A DNA stretch of 64,000 bases, taken from assembly GCA_964016885.1 (NCBI GenBank), contig OZ024740.1, positions 353,586,001-353,650,000 of the forward strand, given 5' to 3'. Shown here piece by piece: positions 53,140 to 62,846 of the stretch. The translations under genes were made by a program, and so were the position numbers. Source of the stretch: Eledone cirrhosa (lineage: Eukaryota). The number at the start of each line of letters is the position of its first letter. Position 1 is the stretch's first letter. Under the pieces are notes generated by a model that was not told the DNA's origin, did not search any database, and saw only the letters and a program-made list of their open reading frames with translations.

Positions 53140-56100
53140 TTTTCTCTTTCTCTTAATTTCGAGTATATTTTTTTGACCGGCCACCTTCCTGGTGGCAAGG
53201 TTGTAAAAGAAAAGAAATTGTCATCCCTTGAATCGCAATAATGTTTTGCATATTTTGAAGGTGCCAGCTATCGCAGCCATTTGTAGACTATGAATTAGGG
53301 AGCTGCGCTTTTTGTCCGCAAATCCAAGTTCGGTCATACTTTGGTCCAAGCGGGTTGGTATATAACCCGTAGCACCAATAATGATGGGTATGAAGCTAAA
53401 GGTGTATCTTGGATACTGGATTTGTAAGCTCCTCATCAATGGTCCGTAGATGTCCTCCTTCTCCTGTATTTTTCTGACAACGTTTACATCAAGTGGGCAG
53501 CTGATCTCCACAACAGAACACGTTTTCAATGTGTGGTCCCAAACTACAATATCAGGCCGGTTGTGCTTTAATTTGGTGGCAGTTTTTATTTTCAGGTTCC
53601 ACCAGTATTCCTTAGTGCCATCTGTCTCAATATATTCTTCCTCGTTTGTTGTTAATTTTGTTTTCCGAAGTGCGTTCCAGATAGTTCTAGCTATCCCATC
53701 GTGTCTCATGGGGAGGTAGTAGCGAGATGACATTCTTTCGCAGCTGGCAACAATGTGGCTTACATCCTCGATCTTTGTTTTACATAGCCTACATTTATTG
53801 TCAGCTGCTGGCCCTCCTCTTTTGTGCAGCAGATATTTGGTAGGGAGTTCTTGTTCCTGTATTGCATAGAGATATCCCTCAAGGTGTGATGTCATAAACC
53901 TGTCGGAACTCCATGCCAGGCTTTTTGAGTGGTTTATCCCCTCTATGGTCTGTGTTTTACGCCTCAAGTATCCATGCACAACTTTCTCTGTAAATTGGTC
54001 AATTTTTTTTTCTTGTTTGAACATTGAATAGGATCTTCCGATTTCTCTGGGTGAGAGATTTATATCAGGCTTTATTCCATATCTCTCCTCCAGATCAGTC
54101 GCTATTCTAATGATATTTCTTTTTTCATGCTCATAAACCTGAGCAAGATGGTCGCCAACCTTTTTCCTCTGTTGAAGGTGTTGCTTCAGTGTTACTATCC
54201 GGGTCTCATATGTTGTTAATATTGATTTTAGACCCCGGCCACCTTCCTTGCGTGAGAAGTATAGCCTATCCACATCACCATTGATGTTAAAGTTCCCAGT
54301 AACACTGAGAAGTTTACGAGTTCTAACATCCATCTCACTTAGTTCTTGCAATGACCAGTTCAGTAGGCCAAATGTTGGCGTTATAATTGGCACAGCATAG
54401 GTATTGTGGGCAATGTATTTGTTGTATGCTGACAGTTCTGATGACCATATTTTTTTTACTCTTCTGAGGTATTCAGTTCTGGTTCTCTCCTTATTTATGG
54501 GTCCATCATATCTGACATTCTCATCCTGTCCAAGATATCTGTAGTTGTCACCTGACTGCAGAGGTTGTATTGTCAGGCCGTTCATATCTAGATTTCTAGA
54601 GGAGGGCACAGCTCTTCCACGTTTTACTGCCAAATATGCACACTTGGACTCACCAAATTTCATTTTGATGTCGGTTGAAAATTGTGTAATGAGGTCCAAT
54701 TGTTTCTTGATGTCATTGATATTTGGCCCATACAACTTCAGGTCATCAACAAAGAAAAGATGGGAGATACTTCTGGGCCCACTTCTTTGTCCACCTTGTT
54801 TCCTGAGTAGGTAAGATAGTGGATTCAGTGAGAGAACGAAGAGTAGTACTGACAAGCTATCACCCTGAAAGATGCCCTTCTGGTAATGTATCCTATCAGT
54901 CTTAACCTGCTCCTTCTCACCTCTAAGGATCAAATTGGTGTACCAGTTCTTGGTCAGGCGTTCAACAGCAGCTACCAATGGTTGTGGGACTTTAGCTAAC
55001 TGTAAAGCCTTAATAATCCACCCATGAGGTACACTATCAAATGCTTTTTGATAGTCCAGCCACACGACAGTCATGTTTCTGCGATTCTTTGTTGTTTTTT
55101 CCTGAATCATTTTGTTAGTTAGTAGGTGATCTATGCAACCCCACACCTCCCTCTTTCCACCAGCTTGCTCAGGTGTTATGATGTTGTTGGTAGCACAGTG
55201 ATCCTGTAAGAACAGGTTAAGGCACCCAGTATATAATTTATACATGATGTTTTGGCAGGCAATTGGGCGGTAATTTTTAGCAAGGGTGGTTTGGCTATTT
55301 TTGGGAATGAGGAGAGTAGTGGCAGTTGATAACCATCTGGGCAGTTCTTGTGTGCCCTTAATGGTTTCTGTAAACAGCCGTATGAGATCTTGCCGATAGA
55401 AAGTGAAATTCTTCAACCAGTATCCTGTAATGAGGTCTGGGCCTGGCGATTTCCTATTCGACATTTTCTGTAGAGCTGTTTCCAGTATTGACCCATCTAT
55501 GTCATATTGTTTTGTCTGGACATGTTGGCAGTAGTCCTGTTCCAGTTGTTTTAGCCAATTAGCTTGTCTGTTGAATCCGTCATCCGTTTCCCATACAGAT
55601 CTCCAGTAGTTCTCAACCTGTTCTTTTGAAGGGGTGTCGTTTACAGGGATTGAGCTTTTGCCACCGAAGCTGCGATAAACTGATTTAGGATCTCTGGCAA
55701 ACAATCTATTTAGCACTTGTCGTTTATGGGCTGTTGACTTATATTTTAGTCTTTCTGTTGTAGCTGTGAGTTGTTGTTTCAACTGGTGTAATTTGGAGTT
55801 CAAAGTTTTAAATTTGGTATCTCCAAATCGTCTCTCTAACTTTTTCTTTAGGTCTTCCTGGTGTCGTGTGAAGTTTCTCTCTATGTTGCATTTCATAACG
55901 ACTGCGATGTGTGAGATACTTCGTCTCAGGGACAAAATTTTGGTTTTTAAATTTCGCATCCACGCTGGTTCAGGCTTTCTGTTTGTATCTTGATTGCGTG
56001 GTTTTAGATGTGTGTTATATGATAGCAATGTGACAGCTGAAACATATAACAAAACATTGAGCGTTTCAAATGTCGTTTCTACACCTTTAGATCGTATAGC

Positions 56101-57363
56101 CTTCAGATAATTGCCAGCTATTTCGTTCACCGCTTCCAATTCCAATTTAGTGGGTTCTTTACTGACTCTAGTGTTGTATGGTCTGTCACTCACATTAAGG
56201 CTGTGTATCTCTTGAAACATATCGTTCCATATCACTTGTAGGGTGCCCACAAGTTTTTGGTGCTCTGTTTGTTCAGTAGAGTCATGAATTGCAGCCTCGT
56301 TGTTGATGTGGTGACAATTACTACTAGAGTCAGCTGACCTTTCTCGTTGTTCTTCAGTGGAAGTGGGATGGATTTCAGCAAAATTGTTGGTGAGCTGTTC
56401 ACTGTTAGATTTAGCCGGCCATTCTCTTTGTCTGTCAGTGGAGGTGGGGTGGTTGTCTACAAGGGCTGTATTTGTAGTATCACTCGATTCCGTTAGATGT
56501 ATCAATTTACATCTAATGATACGTTTTGCCTGTTCATTTAGATGCTTTGGAGAAAAGTCTAATTCTGGGTGTTTGGAGTTCCATAAAGTTTTTAGCCTTT
56601 GCATAAAACCGAACTTTTGGGGTTCAGATTGTTTGTATGCTTCATATAATTCTTTGTTAAGCTCGTAGCTCCACTGTATACAACGGTTGTAATTGCGATT
56701 TGGTCGAAGGAGACTTGTACTTTTTGCCATGATGAGTTCGTCTATTCACTAATATTTTGTATTTATTTTTTTTAAATAGTCGATGATCTTCTTTAAAAGT
56801 TACGACAAAGTTCTGTCAGAATCAAATTTAAAGTTATTCACAGCTTGGGTAATATTTCTTTTCAGTTAGTTTTTAATTCTACAACTGTGTTTTAAACGTT
56901 GTTCTTGAATCGTTTGAATCGAGAACAAAAAGAACCGTTACTTAGTATATTCCTTTACGAATGTAATATAATATAACAATGCTGTATTTATATGTTAAAG
57001 TTTATGTATCATTCATATAAATAGGTGTTCTACAACATATTCACAACATTCACAGTTCAAACACTTATATTTTTGTTTCTGAATCGAAAACGTTACTTTT
57101 ATATTTCTTTATAAATGTAATATAACAACGTTGCATTTATATGTTAAAGTGTATGTATCGTTCATATATCATAAGTGTATGTATCGTTCATATAAATAGG
57201 TGTTTTACAACACACTTACAGTTCAAACACTTATGTAGAATTATTGTATGTAATCTTACCGCGTAATGTAGCTCAACTTTTTCCAATATATGGTATGTTG
57301 CCTTCATGTAAGCCGTAATTACACACGTCCAATTATCGGACACTGACCACAACGGTCGCCATT
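53140..57363 (-). mobile_element. Full-length R4/Dong-clade retrotransposon, copy 2 (intact ORF)
   Basis: ~630-bp 5' UTR, a single ORF, and an 81-bp 3' UTR with a GCCACC-AGGAA-GGTGGC hairpin. (TATG)n on both sides. Confidence 0.95.
53221..56730 (-). CDS. 1169-aa RT + CCHC knuckle + restriction-like (PD-D/E) endonuclease, R4/Dong type
   Basis: NYRPIAC, WLDYQKAFDSVPH, GIFQGDSLS, HLFFVDDLKLY, CRLCKTKIEDVSHIVASC, RHD and HNRPDIVV..VVEISCP. No APE domain and no stops. Confidence 0.95.
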   Translation of the reverse strand: MAKSTSLLRPNRNYNRCIQWSYELNKELYEAYKQSEPQKFGFMQRLKTLWNSKHPELDFSPKHLNEQAKRIIRCKLIHLTESSDTTNTALVDNHPTSTDRQREWPAKSNSEQLTNNFAEIHPTSTEEQRERSADSSSNCHHINNEAAIHDSTEQTEHQKLVGTLQVIWNDMFQEIHSLNVSDRPYNTRVSKEPTKLELEAVNEIAGNYLKAIRSKGVETTFETLNVLLYVSAVTLLSYNTHLKPRNQDTNRKPEPAWMRNLKTKILSLRRSISHIAVVMKCNIERNFTRHQEDLKKKLERRFGDTKFKTLNSKLHQLKQQLTATTERLKYKSTAHKRQVLNRLFARDPKSVYRSFGGKSSIPVNDTPSKEQVENYWRSVWETDDGFNRQANWLKQLEQDYCQHVQTKQYDIDGSILETALQKMSNRKSPGPDLITGYWLKNFTFYRQDLIRLFTETIKGTQELPRWLSTATTLLIPKNSQTTLAKNYRPIACQNIMYKLYTGCLNLFLQDHCATNNIITPEQAGGKREVWGCIDHLLTNKMIQEKTTKNRRNMTVVWLDYQKAFDSVPHGWIIKALQLAKVPQPLVAAVERLTKNWYTNLILRGEKEQVKTDRIHYQKGIFQGDSLSVLLFVLSLNPLSYLLRKQGGQRSGPRSISHLFFVDDLKLYGPNINDIKKQLDLITQFSTDIKMKFGESKCAYLAVKRGRAVPSSRNLDMNGLTIQPLQSGDNYRYLGQDENVRYDGPINKERTRTEYLRRVKKIWSSELSAYNKYIAHNTYAVPIITPTFGLLNWSLQELSEMDVRTRKLLSVTGNFNINGDVDRLYFSRKEGGRGLKSILTTYETRIVTLKQHLQQRKKVGDHLAQVYEHEKRNIIRIATDLEERYGIKPDINLSPREIGRSYSMFKQEKKIDQFTEKVVHGYLRRKTQTIEGINHSKSLAWSSDRFMTSHLEGYLYAIQEQELPTKYLLHKRGGPAADNKCRLCKTKIEDVSHIVASCERMSSRYYLPMRHDGIARTIWNALRKTKLTTNEEEYIETDGTKEYWWNLKIKTATKLKHNRPDIVVWDHTLKTCSVVEISCPLDVNVVRKIQEKEDIYGPLMRSLQIQYPRYTFSFIPIIIGATGYIPTRLDQSMTELGFADKKRSSLIHSLQMAAIAGTFKICKTLLRFKG

Positions 57364-57444
57364 GTATGTATGTATGTATGTATGTATGTATGTATGTATG
57401 TATGTATGTATGTATGTATGTATGTATGTATGTATGTATGTATG
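57364..57444. repeat. (GTAT)n microsatellite; further tracts at ~48835-48880, 53127-53139, 57851-57923 and 59488-59537
   Basis: Read directly from the sequence. Confidence 0.97.
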
Positions 57445-57850
57445 ACCGGGAGAGATGACCTCTTAGCCTTTGTCAAGGCAGAATTCTAGGAGAAGGAAAA
57501 CTCTGATATAACACCTGCAACCCTGATGGTATCCAATGATGTTGACTTGTTCTTCTTTTTGGTAAATATAATCTTGGTTAAGAGAGTGGGACTGGATTTG
57601 TGCAGTGCCTTTGCTCACTATAAAAGCTTCACGGAACAGGCATTGCTTTATATCTGGAGATCTCTCTGCACTTGTCGTCACATGGAACCATGGGCTCAGC
57701 ACTATATGTCAATAATTGTCACAAGTGTACTGTTTGTACCAGAGTTTTCAAGTCGCTGGCTGGACTAAAAAGTCACACTCGTTCAGCGCATTAGTAGGGG
57801 TTCTCCTATAAAGTAGTGGCCGTACTCGAAAACGAGTTGGCAGCCGCCAT
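57445..57850 (+). mobile_element. Short RTE-derived element (5'-UTR-like head, ORF C-terminal C2H2 finger, 3' stem-loop) with a (GTAT)n tail
   Basis: 57720-57794 encodes HKCTVCTRVFKSLAGLKSHTRSAH*, with WRSLC upstream in another frame. Hairpin ACTCG-AAAA-CGAGT lies before the tail. Confidence 0.7.
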
Positions 57851-57923
57851 GTATGTATGTATGTATGTATGTATGTATGTATGTATGTATGTATGTATGT
57901 ATGTATGTATGTATGTATGTATG

Positions 57924-59487
57924 TTCTTCTGGTTTTATAATTTCACAAAGTTTAACCAATAGAGAGAGAGTCGGTTTCTAAGATAGACACAAGACTCTCT
58001 CATTGGAATTTACACAACATCAACTACGTAGATATGTATGTATGCATGCATGTGTAGATATGGATGTTATTGTATGTGTGGATGTGTATGCTTTGAGTTG
58101 TATGTGTGCATGTGTATATGCTTTGTATCTGTACATGTGTATATGCAGTTATTAGATGCAAAATCTTTGGAATGTTTTACATATTTTTACTGTTCCATTA
58201 ATGGATTGTACTTGTAATTTCCTAACTAGTTGTGTTCTTTCTGTTCCTGTGAGGCCTAGCTTCTCAAGATTTGTATTGAGGCAGTTACTAACATATCCCA
58301 GTGCCCCAATAATCACAGGAATAAATCTGAAGGTGTAATCAGGGTGGAGTATCTGAATATTTCTCATCAGTTCTGCTTAAATATTCTCCTTTTCGCTAAT
58401 CTTTGATATTATATTGGCATCTGCTGGGCAGCTAATTTCCTCTACTGTGCATGTTTTCCTTTCCCTGTACCATATCATAATATCTGGTCTATTATGCCTG
58501 CATTTTATTGGGGCTTTTACTGGAACATTCCACCAGTACTCTTTCATATTATGCATATGGATGTCTTCCACATTGCTGTAGCTTTTAATGTGTTTATTAT
58601 CGGGGCTATCTTTTCTACGGATTGTATTGTACAGTGTTTTGGCCTCTACATTATGCCTCATAGGTAGATAGTACCTCGATGACATCTTTGTACAACTGCT
58701 GATGACATGGGTGATATCCTCGATGCTAGTTCTGCAGAGTCTGCACTTGTTATCACATCTAGGTGTTTTGCCTGCATCCCTATCTCTTTTGTGAAGCAGG
58801 TATTTCGTGCTAATCTCCTGTTCCTGGATTGCAAAAGCGTATCCTTCAAAGTGGGAGCCAATATAGCGGTTGTTGGTCCAAGATAGACTACTTTCCTTAT
58901 CTATATTACTCTTACTCTGGAGCTTCCTGGCAACATATCCATGCATGATTTTTTGCTGATAGGCATGCAGTTTTTCATCCATGGATTCACTGCGATACTG
59001 CTGAGTATTGTTTTGCTGTGAAATAATTTATCTCTGGGTGCATTTCGTCCCAGTGTAGCTTCATTCTATTCATATAGCCAATGGAGGGATTGTGTTTTGC
59101 CCTTTTATAACAATTAAATAAATCATTATTAAGTTCGCAACTCCAAGAGAAATGCGATTTATAATTTTGGTTTCTTCTGTAGCTACAACTGAATAAAGTT
59201 TGATTACCTTCCTTGTTATTTGTCTTCGGTACTTCCTTAATTTTTTTGTTGATGTTGTGTTCAGCCATGCTGTTTGTAGCAAATCCTTGTAAAATGAATT
59301 ATGTATTTAGTCGGATATCTCTACGAATTCGAATAAAAGGTGTCTTCAGAAGGGATAGTTAGAAGAATAACCAGTTATTCAACCTGACTGTAGTTGTGGC
59401 ATTACTGTCGGAGATAGTATTCATCTTAAATTTAATAAATAGTCTCCCACGCCAAAATATGCGACTGATCGCGTTGACTGATGGAAT
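57924..59487 (-). mobile_element. Internally deleted R4/Dong element of a distinct subfamily (both ends kept, RT removed)
   Basis: N-terminal piece 58987..59268 (RNQNYKSHFSWSCELNNDL..GYMNRMKLHWDEMHPE) abuts C-terminal pieces 58377..58982 and 58152..58367 (CRLCRTSIEDITHVISSC, HNRPDIMI). (TATG)n on both sides. Confidence 0.88.
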
Positions 59488-60685
59488 GTATGTATGTATG
59501 TATGTATGTACGTATGTATGTATGTATGTACGTATGTTTTAAAACTTTTATGATGTATGTGTATGTATAGCAAATTGTTTGCTAAAGTTTTTGACAATGG
59601 GAATAAATAGTAACTATAGTATCTCTAATGACAATACTTAATTGTTTGAATATAAAATGGTGATTTCTTGATAGAAGCCAGACTTCTGTCAGAAAAAAGT
59701 TTTTTCTTTTTATAAATTTTTCTTTTTAGACGAAACGAAAAAAACCGTAAAGATAACGGATGCAGAATTCTAAAGAATCGAATTTCTTGAGAAATTCAAT
59801 TCAAACTCCACTTGATTCTATGTTGTTGTTTTTTTCAAATATAAAACATCTTGGTACGGCGGTAATCGGCATTTAATACTTCAATTATTATTTTTAGTTT
59901 TTCGAAATTCTACCTCTTCAGAAAATAATGTCTAACTTAAGTCATCTTAAACATTCAAATATCTTTAATGTTTCATTTGTGAAAGAAAAACACGGACGGA
60001 CAACATTTTGATACAATATACAGTATAACGATGGCATGGATCTCCACCAGTTTCGATGATGAACTCTCCTGTTGTTTCATCAATGGAACAGCCTCTGCCC
60101 ATGTAATTAACGTGTAAATAGCTGAGCTTTCTACAGACTCGTTGACCTTTAACGTGAGTCTTAGGAAGATCCAGTGTGTCACAGGTTTGTAGCACGGATA
60201 AAACAAGAAACCACGTATTGAATCTAGCTCACAAAATTATAGACGCGACAGCAGAGACAACGGAGTAAGGAGAATTGGGAGTAAAGTATTTTTTTGTGTG
60301 GATAAGGTGTGAGCAGATGCAGCCGAGTTGGAAGTGTGAGTCATTAAGTTCTAGAAGATGGAGTTGGAGAGATTGTGAAGAGGATGGCTAATAGATACGG
60401 AGATATGAAGAAATTGGACGAAAGAATTAGAAAACAGGGAGGCGAATTCAAGAGCAAGGTAAAAAGAGAAAGATATACAAGATATACATATGTCTCGATG
60501 ATGTAAATACACACAATTTTTCGTCAGGCAAGAGACACACATATATGTGCCACCCTACGAGAAAATGTGTTGATAAATGAGATTTGAGTGCGATGCTGGA
60601 GACGGTGGGGCAGGAGTTGTAAATCTGTGAGGCATACATCCACAGTTACCTCCCCTCTATTGTGTTGGTCGACTCAAAGAAATTT

Positions 60686-61355
60686 TCGTATATACTTGAA
60701 TATAAGTCGACTCGAATATAAGTCGACTCAAATATAAGTCGACCCTATTTTATGTCTGAGAAATTGTTAAAAATCCAAACCCCATATATAAGTCAAAACA
60801 GCTAATCAACACATTATGTTTACGTGTTACGGTTTCGAAATTCTCATAAGTGGAGAATATATTTATGAAGTTTTAATATTTTGATATTTAAAATGTTTTA
60901 AGTGTCGTTTAGAGTATAGGCTTTGTTTCTCAACTCCATTACGAATGATTTTTTTACCTGTTTCCGACCGTTTTGAAGGTCATATTCATTTAAAACACAT
61001 TTAAAAAAATAGAAAAAAGAAATTTCGCTTCCAAAGTAAAACATTGTAATATCCTCCGCCAAAGTGAAACTGGTGTAATATTTTCCTCCAAAGTGAAACC
61101 GGTGTAATATTCACCTCCAAAGTGAAACAGGTGTAATATTCTCCGCCAAAGTGAAACAGGTGTAATATTCTCCTCCAAAGTGAAACCGGTGTAATATTCC
61201 CCCCCCCCCAAAGCGAAAATATTTTAGCACCTCATTTACGGAGAATTTGAAGTTGGTGAAAATCGGCAAAATATTGAACTCGAATATAAGCAGACTCTAT
61301 TCTACCATCGAATTTTTTGTCACATATTTCTCCAGCTTATATATGAGTATATACC
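60686..61355. mobile_element. Tc1/mariner (Tc2/pogo-like) MITE relic carrying an internal 29-bp minisatellite
   Basis: Imperfect TIRs CGTATATACTTGAATATAAGTCG / CTTATATATGAGTATATACC and subterminal CTCGAATATAAGTCGA repeats. Confidence 0.55.
61031..61215 (+). repeat. 29-bp minisatellite CCAAAGTGAAACCGGTGTAATATTCTCCT, ~6 copies
   Basis: CCAAAG recurs at 61059, 61088, 61117, 61146 and 61175. Confidence 0.9.
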
Positions 61356-61437
61356 TTGCGTCTTCATTCAGAAAGCGTTGATGTTTACCTATATGTGTTT
61401 TTTCGTGTATAATTATAATCATATATAATTATAATCA

Positions 61438-61793
61438 TTGCCTTTCATCCTTATGGGGTCGATAAAATAAAGTACCAGTAATGCACTGGGTAATTGCTGG
61501 CCTTGTGCCTAAAGTAGAAACAATTATAATCATACATAAATTATCTCTATAACATTTCTTCTTCTTCTTCTTCTTATTTTATTATTATTATTAGGCAGTA
61601 ATCGGTAGAGAGTCGGACGCCAGGCTTTCCAGCATAGAGTTACCTCCCTTTATGATCTGAGTTTAAATCCCGCCGAGGTTAACTTTACCTTTCATCCTTA
61701 CGGGGTCGATAAAATAAAGTACCAGTAATGCACTGTGTAATTTATGGCCTTGTGCCAAAAGTAGAAACAATTATTATTATTATTATTATTATT
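61438..61793 (+). mobile_element. Two tandem SINE copies (truncated 61438-61530; near full 61594-61793 with an (ATT)n tail)
   Basis: Same core as 30911-31101. Confidence 0.85.
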
Positions 61794-61995
61794 TGTGACA
61801 CCAGAAATGGTGGCCTTGCATTATTTAGTTTCGTACTTCTAAATCAATATATATTTGACACACTCAGTCTTTCGTCACACGTCACACATGAACTACTTGA
61901 GTCCATCCAATCAACCATCCATATCTCTTTATGTAAGAACTCATCATTATCAATCCCATCACCACTGTTATTGTTATAATTATGGTTATACATAC

Positions 61996-62453
61996 CAGTT
62001 ATGAGGCCTTTTCCAGTAGCTTTCACCCACAGGATTGACAAAAGTACTGGTGGAAAACACGGAATTGTAAGAATAGCGCCAACATAAAATATCCAGTTTA
62101 AGTTGATACCAGACATAAACACCATCAGCCCAAGAGGTATTATGCTTATTGTTACCCATACTATACACCAATTTTTGAAGGCTATCAAATCATCTTGATA
62201 TTCACGATAAGAGCCATGAGTAGGGCATTCGTAACGGAATCGAGTTGGTTCCTTCTTACTCCGTGCATTACGTGCTTCTAGATCATCTTTACAGCGAGGA
62301 CAGGCTGAAACTGTTAAGCATTTGCAAGTCAAGTGGTCACTTAACACTGTTGTGCCACTTCCGCTTACGTTTTGGTCACACAGATCACCGTTTGTTTCCA
62401 TTTTTACTTTGGTCTTCCCACACAAAACACATTGATTCCTCTTGAGGTTTCGC
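61996..62453 (-). CDS. DUR3: DUR3-like transporter internal exon (458 nt) including the Cys-rich loop
   Basis: Acceptor TTTTTTCGCAG at 62454, donor G|GTATGT at 61995. Encodes RNLKRNQCVLCGK...GINLNWIFYVGAILTIPCFPPVLLSILWVKATGKGLIT, which resembles the DUR3 'l.Wly...P..l.l.W.K' region. Phases 2 and 1 fit the neighbouring exons. Confidence 0.88.
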
Positions 62454-62654
62454 CTGCGAAAAAAGAAATTTATATTAATCAGTGAAGTGGAATACCATAT
62501 TAATAAGCGAAACCGCAGGGAAAAGCATAACCATCAAATGAAGGGAACTAATTCCAACGGGGAATCGAAACCGAGTATCGCATTTACTTTGTTGAGGACT
62601 TATTATCGCTCTACTATTGAGGAAGACAATTCTGGTAGTAGCGATGATAATAGG

Positions 62655-62846
62655 GATAATAATTGTTTCTACTTTTGGCACAAGGTCAGCAATTATCCCA
62701 GTGTATTACTAGTACTTTATTTTATCGACCCCGTAAGGATGAAAAGCAAAGTTAACCTCGGCGGGATTTGAACTCAGAATGGCAAGGGCCGTAACTCTAT
62801 GCGTCAAAGCATGGCGTCCGACTCTCTACCAATACTGCCAATCCAG
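62655..62846 (-). mobile_element. SINE copy, minus strand, intronic
   Basis: Reverse complement of the SINE core (GTACTTTATTTTATCGACCCCGTAAGGATGAAAAGC...GGGATTTGAACTC). Confidence 0.85.

Noticed and set aside
57830-57850. ATGGCGGC on the minus strand read as the 5' end of another R4 copy
   Set aside because: The plus strand shows an RTE-type C2H2 C-terminus, stop and stem-loop, so this is better explained as a plus-strand 3' end.
59960-60660. Possible solo LTR or extra exon in the long intron
   Set aside because: No paired TG..CA ends with a TSD and no recognisable protein motif; the flanking exons already join in frame.
61844-61995. C-terminal extension of ORF 61844..62425 (likewise the ends of ORF 63665..63919)
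   Set aside because: Intron read-through beyond good splice sites; transporter similarity resumes in the next exon in the correct phase.
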